A DNA stretch of 64,000 bases from an uncultured Solirubrobacterales bacterium (GTDB lineage Bacteria; Actinomycetota; Thermoleophilia; Solirubrobacterales; Solirubrobacteraceae), in the NCBI GenBank assembly GCA_963756665.1, contig CAVWOJ010000001.1, forward strand, positions 2,875,331 to 2,939,330, in the 5' to 3' direction. Below the pieces are notes generated by a model. That model saw nothing but the letters and a program-made list of their open reading frames with translations. It did no database searches and was not told where the DNA came from. Positions 8,940-17,376 of this stretch are shown here, piece after piece. The position numbers and the translations under genes are program-made. How positions within the stretch are numbered: position 1 is the first letter of the stretch; the number at the start of each line of letters is the position of its first letter.

Positions 8940-10193
8940 ATGATCCTGTTTCTGCACAACCGCTATCGCACGAGCGGCGGCGAGGAGCGCGTGGTGGACG
9001 ACCTGGTGTGGTTGGTGCGCGAGCATCTCGGTGAGCCAGTAGCGCTGCTGGCGCGGGACTCGATCGCGGCGGGGCGGGGACGGGCAGCGGCGGGACTGCT
9101 GCGCGGTGGCCTGGACCCGGTGGAGGTGGCGGCAACGGTGCGGGCCGGGGGGGCGCGGGTGGTGCATGCGCACAACCTCCAGCCGACGCTGGGCTGGCGG
9201 GCGCTGGCGGCGGCGCGGGCCGAGGGCGCACGAGTCGTCGTGCACCTGCACCAGTACCGGCTGGTGTGCGCGGTGGGGGTGTGCTTCACACGCGGGCAGG
9301 AGTGCACGCGCTGCCACGGGCGCAACACGCTGCCGGGGGTCCTGCGCAACTGCCGCGGTAACCGTGCCCAGGCGCTGGCGTACGGGGCGGGTCTGGCGCT
9401 GTGGCAGCGCCGCATGGTGGAGCAGGCCGACGCGGTGATCGTCCCGAGCGTCTTCGCGCGGGAGCGCCTACGCGAGCTGGGCGCGCCGTTGCCGTGGGAG
9501 CGGGTGCACGTGCTGGCGCCGCCGGTGCGGGCGCTCGCGGGCGAGGGAGGCGGGGGGGAGCGGGAGGCGGCTGTACAGCCGCCGGCTCCTGCGGTGCGGC
9601 TGCATGCGCCGCCGGAAGCGGCCTCGGATCCGGCGGTACGCCTGCATGCGCCGCCGGAAGCGGCCTCGGATCCGGCGGATCGGCTCCCGGTGCCGCCTGG
9701 ACGCTATGCCCTGGTGGTCTCGCGCTTGAGCCCGGAGAAGGGGATAGACGTCGCGATCGACGCCTGCCGAATGGCAGGTATCGCGCTGGTGGTGGCGGGT
9801 GAGGGTTCGGAGGGCGGGACGCTTGCTGGGCGCGCCGGCGGGGCCGATGTCCGCTTCGTGGGCCGGGTGGACGACACACGGCTTGCCGAGCTGCGGGCGG
9901 GGGCGGCGCTGGCACTGGTGCCATCGCGCTCGGCGGAGACGTTCGGCCTGGCGGCGGCCGAGGCGATGGCGGCGGGCCTGCCGGTGGCGGCGAGTCGTCT
10001 CGGGGCGCTGCCCGAGCTGGTCAGCGAGGAGGGCCTGGCGGCGCCAGGCGATGCGGGCGCGCTGGCGGCGGCGATCGAGCGCCTGTGCAGCGACAGGGAC
10101 GCAGGGGTGCGGGCGCTGGCTCGGGTTCGCGCCGTGTGCGCCCCGGAAGTGGTGGCGGCGGGATTGGCGGCGGTTTACGGCGGGGAGGCATAG
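8940..10193 (+). CDS. Glycosyltransferase family 4
   Basis: HNRYR..GGEE, RLSPEKG and ETFGLAAAEAMAAG motifs. Confidence 0.9.
   Translation: MILFLHNRYRTSGGEERVVDDLVWLVREHLGEPVALLARDSIAAGRGRAAAGLLRGGLDPVEVAATVRAGGARVVHAHNLQPTLGWRALAAARAEGARVVVHLHQYRLVCAVGVCFTRGQECTRCHGRNTLPGVLRNCRGNRAQALAYGAGLALWQRRMVEQADAVIVPSVFARERLRELGAPLPWERVHVLAPPVRALAGEGGGGEREAAVQPPAPAVRLHAPPEAASDPAVRLHAPPEAASDPADRLPVPPGRYALVVSRLSPEKGIDVAIDACRMAGIALVVAGEGSEGGTLAGRAGGADVRFVGRVDDTRLAELRAGAALALVPSRSAETFGLAAAEAMAAGLPVAASRLGALPELVSEEGLAAPGDAGALAAAIERLCSDRDAGVRALARVRAVCAPEVVAAGLAAVYGGEA
9588..9686. repeat. 42-bp tandem duplication (PAVRLHAPPEAASD x2+)
   Basis: Direct repeat visible in both DNA and protein in the GT4 interdomain linker. 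Confidence 0.85.
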
Positions 10194-10205
10194 ACTGCGC
10201 GGCCG

Positions 10206-10928
10206 ATGAGCGCAACGCAAGGACTGCGAGCGGACCCCCGTGGTCCGGGCCTGATGGTGGGCGAGGGTGTAGAGATCGGCCCGGACGTGTCGTTCGGGGC
10301 CTACGTGGTGGTGCACGCCGGCACCGTCATCGGAACGGGCTGCGTGATCGAAGACCACGCGGTGCTGGGCAAGCACCCGCGCCTGGCGCCCGGCTCCTCG
10401 GCCGCCGGCGAGGCGGGGGGCCTGAAGCTGGGCGAGGAGGTCAAGGTGTGCTGTGGCGCGGTGGTGTTCGCCGGCGCGGAGATCGGCGCCGGCTCGATCG
10501 TCGGCGACCAGGCCTACGTGCGCGAGCGCTCGCAGATCGGCCCGGGCTCGGTGATCGGGCGGGGCAGCGTGGTTGACAACGACGTTCAGGTGGGGGCACG
10601 GGTGCGTGTGCAGACGGGCGTCTACCTGACGGCGTTCACGCTCGTCGAGGACGATGTGTTCGTGGGCCCGGGAGCGAGCACGACCAACGACGACACCATG
10701 AATCGTCACGGCTCGGAGACCCCGCTGCGGGGCGCGACCCTACGTCGTGCGTGCCGGCTAGGCGGCGGCACGGTCCTCACACCCGGTGTCGAGGTCGGCG
10801 AGGAGGCGTTCGTGGCGGCCGGTGCAGTGGTGACCCGCGATGTCCCTGCGCGTGCCGTCGTCATGGGTGTCCCGGCGCGCGTGGTGCGCGAGGTCCCGGA
10901 CGAAGACCTGCTCGAGCGCTGGCGCTAG
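10206..10928 (+). CDS. Hexapeptide-repeat sugar N-acetyltransferase (WbpD/WxcM-like)
   Basis: Left-handed beta-helix repeats; VFVGPGASTTND and GAVVTRDVP...GVPAR motifs. Confidence 0.88.
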   Translation: MSATQGLRADPRGPGLMVGEGVEIGPDVSFGAYVVVHAGTVIGTGCVIEDHAVLGKHPRLAPGSSAAGEAGGLKLGEEVKVCCGAVVFAGAEIGAGSIVGDQAYVRERSQIGPGSVIGRGSVVDNDVQVGARVRVQTGVYLTAFTLVEDDVFVGPGASTTNDDTMNRHGSETPLRGATLRRACRLGGGTVLTPGVEVGEEAFVAAGAVVTRDVPARAVVMGVPARVVREVPDEDLLERWR

Positions 10929-11146
10929 CCGCCGGCTGCGGTCAGGCGCAGGTCGTGCTCGCCGACGCGGACGGTGTCGCCGGGGCGCAGCTGTCGCCCA
11001 CGACGCGTCTCGGGCGCCCCGTTGACAAATACCGGCTCGATCGCGAGGAGCGCCTTGCCCTCGCTGCCGCTCCCCACGACATCGGCCAGCTTCAATAGCT
11101 GGCCGAGCCGGATTGTCTGGCTGTTGATTGGTACCTCGCGGGCCAT
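10925..11146 (-). CDS. S4-domain RNA-binding protein (YbcJ/YaaA-like)
   Basis: IRLGQLLKLA...GSEGK...V.VNG..ETRRGRQL.PGD. Confidence 0.88.
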   Translation of the reverse strand: MAREVPINSQTIRLGQLLKLADVVGSGSEGKALLAIEPVFVNGAPETRRGRQLRPGDTVRVGEHDLRLTAAGG

Positions 11147-11242
11147 TCTCCTTAGAGCTTAGGAGAACGTGCAGGGATCATGGATCGTGCGGCTTTGGGG
11201 CTCGATCGCGCCGCAAGGGAGGTTGCGCTGGATGGTCGTGGA

Positions 11243-12328
11243 TCAGGAGCAAGCGCCTCGCACGACGGCGGTGACTTCCTCGGCCTGCGCTCGTGTCAGG
11301 ACCGGGCTCATCGGGATTGCCAAGTGCGTGCGCGCGGCGTGCTCGGTGGCGGGTAGCTCCACGTCAGCGCCCCACGCGCGCATCGACGCCTGGCGGTGGA
11401 TAGGGGTGCGGTAGTAGGGCTTGTTGGCGATGCCGCTCGCTGTCAGGGCCGCTTCCAGGGACTGAGGGTCTGGGTGGCCGACGACATAGAGGTGCCATGC
11501 CGGCGTCGCGCCAGTGACCGGCTTCGGTAGCGTCACCAACTCACCGAGACCCGCCTGCTCGTAGTGGGAGCCGGCGGCGCGGCGTCCCTGTGCCCAGGAG
11601 TCGAGGTAAGGGAGCTGCACGCGGAGGATCGCGGACTGCAGCTCGTCCAGGCGCGAGTTGTAGCCGATCTCCTGGTAGGAGACCTTGTCATGGGAGCCGT
11701 GGAAGCGCAGTACACGCACACGCTCGGCGATCTTGGGATCGGAGGTGGTGACGGCGCCTCCGTCCCCGAACCCCCCAAGATTCTTGGAGGGGAAGAAGGA
11801 GAAAGTGGCTGCTGTGCCCAGTGCGCCGGGACGCCCCGCGGCGGACTGCGAGCCTGCGGCCTGCGCTGCGTCCTCCAGGACCGGTACGCCGAGTGCCTCG
11901 ATCTCCGCGATCGGGGCGAGGTTGCCGAAGAGGTGCACCGCGATCACGGCCTTCGTGCGCGGCGTGAGCGCAGCGCGCACGGTGTCCGCCGTGACGCAGT
12001 ACGTCTCTGGATCGATGTCGCAGAAGACCGGGGTCGCACCCGTCGGCGGAATCGCCTCCGCGGAGGCGTAGAAGCTAAAGGAGGGCACGACCACCTCGTC
12101 CCCGGGCCCCACGCCCATGGCGCGCAGCGCGATTGTGATCGCCTCGGTCCCATTGGCGACCCCCACCGCGTGGGACGCTCCACAGTAGGCTGCAAACTCC
12201 CGCTCGAACTCCCGCACCTCGGGGCCGAGGATGTAGCGCTCGGAGTCAAGCACCCGTGCGACCGCCGCGGCCAGTTCCTCACGGAGCGGGATCAGCGGGC
12301 TGGAGGTATCGAACAGCGGGACGCCCAC
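11243..12328 (-). CDS. DegT/DnrJ/EryC1/StrS PLP aminotransferase
   Basis: EDAAQA, SFFPSKNLGGFGDGG and NSRLDELQ motifs; GTG at 12328 lies 7 nt after TAAGAT (leaderless). Confidence 0.92.
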   Translation of the reverse strand: MGVPLFDTSSPLIPLREELAAAVARVLDSERYILGPEVREFEREFAAYCGASHAVGVANGTEAITIALRAMGVGPGDEVVVPSFSFYASAEAIPPTGATPVFCDIDPETYCVTADTVRAALTPRTKAVIAVHLFGNLAPIAEIEALGVPVLEDAAQAAGSQSAAGRPGALGTAATFSFFPSKNLGGFGDGGAVTTSDPKIAERVRVLRFHGSHDKVSYQEIGYNSRLDELQSAILRVQLPYLDSWAQGRRAAGSHYEQAGLGELVTLPKPVTGATPAWHLYVVGHPDPQSLEAALTASGIANKPYYRTPIHRQASMRAWGADVELPATEHAARTHLAIPMSPVLTRAQAEEVTAVVRGACS

Positions 12329-12476
12329 GCGCCGGATCTTACCGGCGCGTGTACTCGCTCTGTGGCGCGGGTCGCCTGGCCTGGGTGGAGCCAGCGTTGC
12401 TTGCCTGCTGTGTGTGTTCGATTCACCTCGGGCCGGTGCGTGGGGTGGAGCCGTGGGCTCCGTGATCCTTCCAGGG

Positions 12477-12506
12477 TTGACAAATTGTCCTGGGCGTGTG
12501 TATGCT
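12477..12506 (+). promoter_or_regulatory. Sigma70-type promoter of cassette A with GACAA-A-TTGTC palindrome over -35
   Basis: TTGACA (12477-82), 18-nt spacer, TATGCT (12501-06); conserved in cassette B. Confidence 0.7.
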
Positions 12507-12907
12507 GGCTGGGTTGGCATTCTGTTGGCTGGGGTGCTGTGTTGTTGATAGATCGGGCTGGGGTTGTGCCTCTTCGTTGATTTTCAGCGCTGGCGTTGGG
12601 GTTTGGGAGAGATAACTGGGTCGTGTTATGAGGGAGTTGTTTTTCGCGTGACTAGTGGTTTTGAGGGCGTGTTGAGGGTGGTTGCGGCGCTTGGGGTCGT
12701 AGTGTCTAGATGCGTCAGCTTCCTGACGCATCTCTCTCTCTCTCTCTCTCTCTTGCCTTTGGGGTCTAGCCGCTAGTTTTGGTTTGGCGGCGCTTTCGCG
12801 CCGCTGGCTTGTGCCCCGCGTGGGGGTAGGTGCGCGCTGGCCTGGGTTTGGGTGGGTACCTCGGCCGCAGCTGGTGTTGGCCGCTGTGGCTTTGGTGGGT
12901 GTTTGTG
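12507..12907 (+). other. Conserved ~400-nt leader of cassette A (candidate cis-regulatory RNA/DNA element)
   Basis: Colinear homolog at 29021-29422; contains perfect IR AGATGCGTCAG-CTTC-CTGACGCATCT (12708-12733), (TC)11 (12731-12752) and CTAGC-C-GCTAG (12766-12776). Confidence 0.65.
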
Positions 12908-13981
12908 ATGCCCGCTAGGCGGCAGGGGTCTACTGGGGGCTACGCGCGGCGCGGTAGTGAGACGCGTAGCGGGGCGGGTGGGCACGTTGGGGGCGTGCAT
13001 GTGAGTGAGGTGCAGCGCTCGCGGATGTTGAGCTCGGCGGTCGCGGTGGTCGCTGAGCATGGGTATGAGCAGATGTCCGTCGCGCGTGTGACGCGTGGCG
13101 CGCGGCTCTCGCGGCGTACGTTCTACGAGCTTTTTGAGAATCGCGCGGACTGCTTTCTCGCGGCGTTTGACGACGCGGTCGCGGAAATGGCGACGCTCAC
13201 GAGCGCGGCGTTTGTGGGTGGGCGCTCTTGGCGGGTGGGTGTCCGTGCTGCGCTCGGCGCGCTGCTCGCCTTCTTGGATGAGCGTCCGGCTCTGCGTACC
13301 CTTGTGATCGTTGACGCGCTCGGCGCGGGCCCTGTCGTTCTGGAGCGTCGCGCTCAGGTGTTGGGGGCGGTCGAGGAGGTCATCGACCGGGGTCGCCTGG
13401 AAGGCCGCTTGGGCCGGCCGTCTCCGGCGTCGCTGACGGCGAGGGGTGTCGTGGGTGCCGTCTTTAGCGTCATTCATGCACGGGTCTTGGAGGAGCGCTC
13501 TGCGCCGCTGCTGGAGCTGTTGAACCCGCTGATGGGCATGATCGTGCTGCCCTATCTCGGTGCGGGCGCGGCGCAGAAGGAGCTCGAGCGGCCGGCGCCG
13601 TTGCCTGCGCCCTTACGGGTAGGTAATGGCCAGGTATGGCCGGCGAGTGATCCGCTGGCTGGTTTGAAGATGCGCATCACCTATCGCACGTTGCGGGTGC
13701 TGAGCGTGATCGCAAAGCAGCCCGGTGCGAGTAATCGCGAGATCGCGGATGGGGCGGACGTAACAGACCAGGGCCAGATCTCAAAGCTCTTGGGGCGCCT
13801 GGAGCGCATCGGGCTACTCCAAAACACGAGTGCTGGGCATCCAGCTGGTGCCCCCAACGCTTGGTGTCTGACACCACACGGCCAAGAAGTTCACAGCGCG
13901 ACACAGATCGCAGCGATACCCACTGACCACCAAGACCGAGGGGCCATTCCCTCCAATCACCAGAAGGGAACGGTCCGATGA
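12908..13981 (+). CDS. TetR/AcrR-family regulator with additional C-terminal winged helix (cassette A)
   Basis: QRSRML...EHGY..MSVARV...A.LSRRTFYELF N-terminal HTH; C-terminal RTLRVL..IA..PGASNREIA...DQGQISKLL.RLE..GL...W.LT..G; homology with copy B begins at VMPARRQGS. Confidence 0.85.
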   Translation: MPARRQGSTGGYARRGSETRSGAGGHVGGVHVSEVQRSRMLSSAVAVVAEHGYEQMSVARVTRGARLSRRTFYELFENRADCFLAAFDDAVAEMATLTSAAFVGGRSWRVGVRAALGALLAFLDERPALRTLVIVDALGAGPVVLERRAQVLGAVEEVIDRGRLEGRLGRPSPASLTARGVVGAVFSVIHARVLEERSAPLLELLNPLMGMIVLPYLGAGAAQKELERPAPLPAPLRVGNGQVWPASDPLAGLKMRITYRTLRVLSVIAKQPGASNREIADGADVTDQGQISKLLGRLERIGLLQNTSAGHPAGAPNAWCLTPHGQEVHSATQIAAIPTDHQDRGAIPSNHQKGTVR

Positions 13982-16900
13982 ACACACGTATCCGTACCGC
14001 GAGGACGCTCGCGACGCTCCTTGCATGCCTCGGCACGCTTGCATGCTCGGGCGGCTCGGCGTGGGCGCTGTCGCTGGGGCACTACACCTACAGCACGAGC
14101 TTCGGCTCGCTGGGCTCCGGCGCTGGGCAGCTCTCCGGCCCGACCGGGGTCGCGGTCGATGAAAACCCCGCGAGCTCCTCATACGGCGACGTATACGTAG
14201 CCGACTCCGGAAACGCCAGGATCGACAAGTTCAACACGAAAGGCGAATTCATCATGGCGTGGGGCTACGGCGTAGCCGACGGAACCACCGAAGCCCTCCA
14301 GACCTGCACCATCGTCTGCTTCGCCGGAATCCCCGGCGAAGGCGCCGGGCAACTGAACGCGCCAGGAGAGCTCGCAATCGACAACTCCAACGGACCATCC
14401 GCCGACGACCTCTACGTCGGTGATCCCGCAAACAAAGCAATCGAGAAGTTCACATCCACCGGAGCTTTTATCAACAACATCGCCTCTGGCGGATACACGG
14501 AACTCAATGGTGCCGGTGTAGCAGTCAATCCGGAAGGAGATGTCTGGAGTACAAATAAAGGCGAAGTTGACTCGGAGCCCGAGTACAACGGAGCAATTGT
14601 CAACGGCCAGATATCAGAATCTCAGGCCGGCGTAAATAGCTTTAGAACGCAGGTTGCGGCTGATTCTCTGGGTAACGTGTACTTTGACGTGATTCCCCAC
14701 TCAGAAGAAGCGTATGTTGAAGTGCGTAAGGCTAGTACTGCCGGGGAGGATGCGCCGCTTGATCTTGTGGCTCGTTGTAGCTGCACGACTGGGCTGGCGG
14801 TCAATGAGCAGTCGGATGCTCTTTACATCGATGATGGTACATATATCGCGGGATTCAGCGCGGAAGGCAGTCCGCTTGCGCAGCCTACCTTTGAGCTGCC
14901 GGCTGGAGCGCAGGGCAGCGGTATCGCGGTCTATGCGGCAGCCGGCAATATCTACGTGGCGGATAGCGCCAATAGCGTGGTCGATATCTATGGGTCGCTG
15001 ATCGTTCCCGATGTCGGCACTGGTGCCGCGACCCCAGATATCGCTGCGTCTAGCGCCGAACTTCACGGCACGGTGAACCCGGATGGCTTCCCGCTCACGA
15101 GCTGCGAATTTGAATATGGGACGAGTATCTCCTACGGCTCTGGGACAGTTCCCTGCGCTCAAGAACTATCTACGTTGACTGGAAACACGCCGCTGGCCGT
15201 ATCGGCTGATGTAACTGGCTTACAACCGGATGTTCTCTATCATTTCCGCCTGGCTGCTGGTAACGCGGAGGGTGGTAATCACGGGGCGGATGAATTCATT
15301 CCCGCTGCCCCGGTCCTCGACGGGGAGTCCGCGATCGATGTCACGTCGACTTCCGCGACGCTGACGGCACAGATCAACCCCGCAGGTGGGGACACGCGCT
15401 ACTACTTCCAGTACGGCGCTGATGCCAGCTATGGGATGAGCTTGCCCGTGCCGCCGGGGAAAGACATCGGGTCGGGATCGAGTGACACGAGCGTGAGTGC
15501 CCAGCTGTACGGTCTACCACCAGTAAGCACCTTCCACTACCGGGTGGTTGCCGTCAACGCCGACGGCACGGTTGCCGGGCCCGACCAGAGTTTCACGACA
15601 GAGCAGGCGGTGACTACGACTGGTTTGCCTGACGGGCGTCAGTATGAGTTGGTCTCGCCGCCAAACAAGGAAGGCTCCACGATCGAGCCGATCGGCCACG
15701 GCACGGGCGACCTGATTCAGGCCTCGGCGGACGGCTCCAGGATCACCTATCTGGCGAAGGCTCCGTTTGCTGGTCCGGTGGGTAACGGCACGATTGAAGG
15801 TAGCCAGATCTTCTCGGTACGTGGCCCCGACGGCTGGTCCTCGCAGGATATCGAGACACCACACGAAACCGAGTCCAGTGTCTCGCAGCGGCCCGAGTAC
15901 CAGTATTTCTCCGAAGACCTCTCCCTTGGCTTGGCGGTCCCGGTCGGCGATACGCCACTGTCTACCTCTGCGCGCACCGGCGTGCATCTCGATTACCTAC
16001 GCGACAATTCGACCGGCGCCTATCAGCCACTGCAACCGAGCGTGTCCGGTCTGCGCTTTGCGGAAGTTCAGACGGCGACGCCTGACCTCACCCATATCTT
16101 GTTTGCCGTAGCCTCCGGATCTTCGCCCCTATACGAGTGGGCCGCCGGTCAGTCGCAACTGGTGACTGTCTACCCCGACGGATCCCCTACCGGGGGTGAC
16201 CTGGCTGGTGTATCGGCCGATGGCTCCCACGTGTTTTGGGAAGGTGCTGAATCCGATGTTTATGTACGCGATATAGATACACAGAAAACCACTTTGATTG
16301 GTGGAAGAGCCGAATTCCTGACGTCCAGTAGCGACGGTTCGAAGGCGTTCTTCACTGCCAATTTCGGCCAAGTGTATGAGTACAATGCGGAGACGGCCCA
16401 CATGACCGATCTTTCGGTCGAAACCAGCAGCGACGGCTCGCAGGTCTCGACGATCCCTGGAGGCTTGACGCTATTGCGCTACACCGGTCCGGCGGGACCG
16501 GTGGGGTTCGTCAAAGGCTCTCTGCCGAGGCCAGCGCGGGTCTCACCCGATGGCCGTTATGTGGTGTTCGACTCGCCGGAAAGCTTGACCGGTTATAACA
16601 ATATCGCTGCGGCGGCATGCCCCGACGAAGTAGAGGAAAACGTAGATCTGCATCCCGAAGGTAGGTGCACGGAGGTTTATGAGTACGACTCCGTGTCGAA
16701 TCATTTGACGTGTGTGTCGTGCAACCCGAGCGGCGCGCGTCCGCAGGGAAGCTCGAGCATCCCGTTCGTGACGCCGACTGCCGTCGGCGCCTCAGGAGGG
16801 ACCTATCTTTCGCGTGCGTTGTCGTCGAATGGCCGGGTATTCTTCGATAGTCGCGATGCGCTGTTGCCTCACGATACGAATGGGCTCGAGGATGTGTATG

Positions 16901-17373
16901 AGTGGGAGCCGGACGGGGTCGGTAGCTGCCAGGTGTCCGCTGGCTGTCTGTATCTGATCTCTAGTGGTACGAGCGGCGATGAAACGTCATTCCTCGATGC
17001 GAGCGTCGACGGGAATGACATATTCTTCTTGACCCGCGAGCAGCTCGTATCTCAAGACTATGACAACAGTGTCGATGTATACGACGCTCACGTGTGCAGC
17101 GCGACAGCGCCGTGTTTCCCGATCGCGTCTGCTGCTCCGCCGCCGTGCGCGAGTAGCGATGCGTGTAAAGCCGGTCCGACGCCGCAGCCCGCGATCTTTG
17201 GCGCGCCCGCGAGCGCAACGTTCACTGGTGCGGGGAACCCCACGCCGCCGTCCCCCGCGCCAGCAGTAAAGAAGACGAAGACGAAGGCCAAAGCGAAGCC
17301 CAAAGCACGCAAAAGGACAAAAGATAGAAAACACGCAAAGCATCAAAAGGTCAATCGCAAGGGGAGGAAGTAG
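13978..17373 (+). CDS. Secreted NHL-propeller / 2 FN3-like / TolB-like propeller protein with Lys-rich tail (A1)
   Basis: Signal peptide, GVAVD...YVADSGN.RI.KF repeats, G.VNP...YFQYG...YG and YHFRL.A.N FN3-like motifs, S.DG..VFF repeats, KKTKTKAK tail; ATGA overlap with the regulator. Confidence 0.8.
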   Translation: MNTRIRTARTLATLLACLGTLACSGGSAWALSLGHYTYSTSFGSLGSGAGQLSGPTGVAVDENPASSSYGDVYVADSGNARIDKFNTKGEFIMAWGYGVADGTTEALQTCTIVCFAGIPGEGAGQLNAPGELAIDNSNGPSADDLYVGDPANKAIEKFTSTGAFINNIASGGYTELNGAGVAVNPEGDVWSTNKGEVDSEPEYNGAIVNGQISESQAGVNSFRTQVAADSLGNVYFDVIPHSEEAYVEVRKASTAGEDAPLDLVARCSCTTGLAVNEQSDALYIDDGTYIAGFSAEGSPLAQPTFELPAGAQGSGIAVYAAAGNIYVADSANSVVDIYGSLIVPDVGTGAATPDIAASSAELHGTVNPDGFPLTSCEFEYGTSISYGSGTVPCAQELSTLTGNTPLAVSADVTGLQPDVLYHFRLAAGNAEGGNHGADEFIPAAPVLDGESAIDVTSTSATLTAQINPAGGDTRYYFQYGADASYGMSLPVPPGKDIGSGSSDTSVSAQLYGLPPVSTFHYRVVAVNADGTVAGPDQSFTTEQAVTTTGLPDGRQYELVSPPNKEGSTIEPIGHGTGDLIQASADGSRITYLAKAPFAGPVGNGTIEGSQIFSVRGPDGWSSQDIETPHETESSVSQRPEYQYFSEDLSLGLAVPVGDTPLSTSARTGVHLDYLRDNSTGAYQPLQPSVSGLRFAEVQTATPDLTHILFAVASGSSPLYEWAAGQSQLVTVYPDGSPTGGDLAGVSADGSHVFWEGAESDVYVRDIDTQKTTLIGGRAEFLTSSSDGSKAFFTANFGQVYEYNAETAHMTDLSVETSSDGSQVSTIPGGLTLLRYTGPAGPVGFVKGSLPRPARVSPDGRYVVFDSPESLTGYNNIAAAACPDEVEENVDLHPEGRCTEVYEYDSVSNHLTCVSCNPSGARPQGSSSIPFVTPTAVGASGGTYLSRALSSNGRVFFDSRDALLPHDTNGLEDVYEWEPDGVGSCQVSAGCLYLISSGTSGDETSFLDASVDGNDIFFLTREQLVSQDYDNSVDVYDAHVCSATAPCFPIASAAPPPCASSDACKAGPTPQPAIFGAPASATFTGAGNPTPPSPAPAVKKTKTKAKAKPKARKRTKDRKHAKHQKVNRKGRK

Positions 17374-17376
17374 TCG

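Noticed and set aside
12423-12776. Longer ORFs in the leader (102 aa minus strand, 70 aa plus strand, MRELF mini-ORF)
   Set aside because: Indels or stops in copy B break or change these frames, so they are not conserved as proteins.
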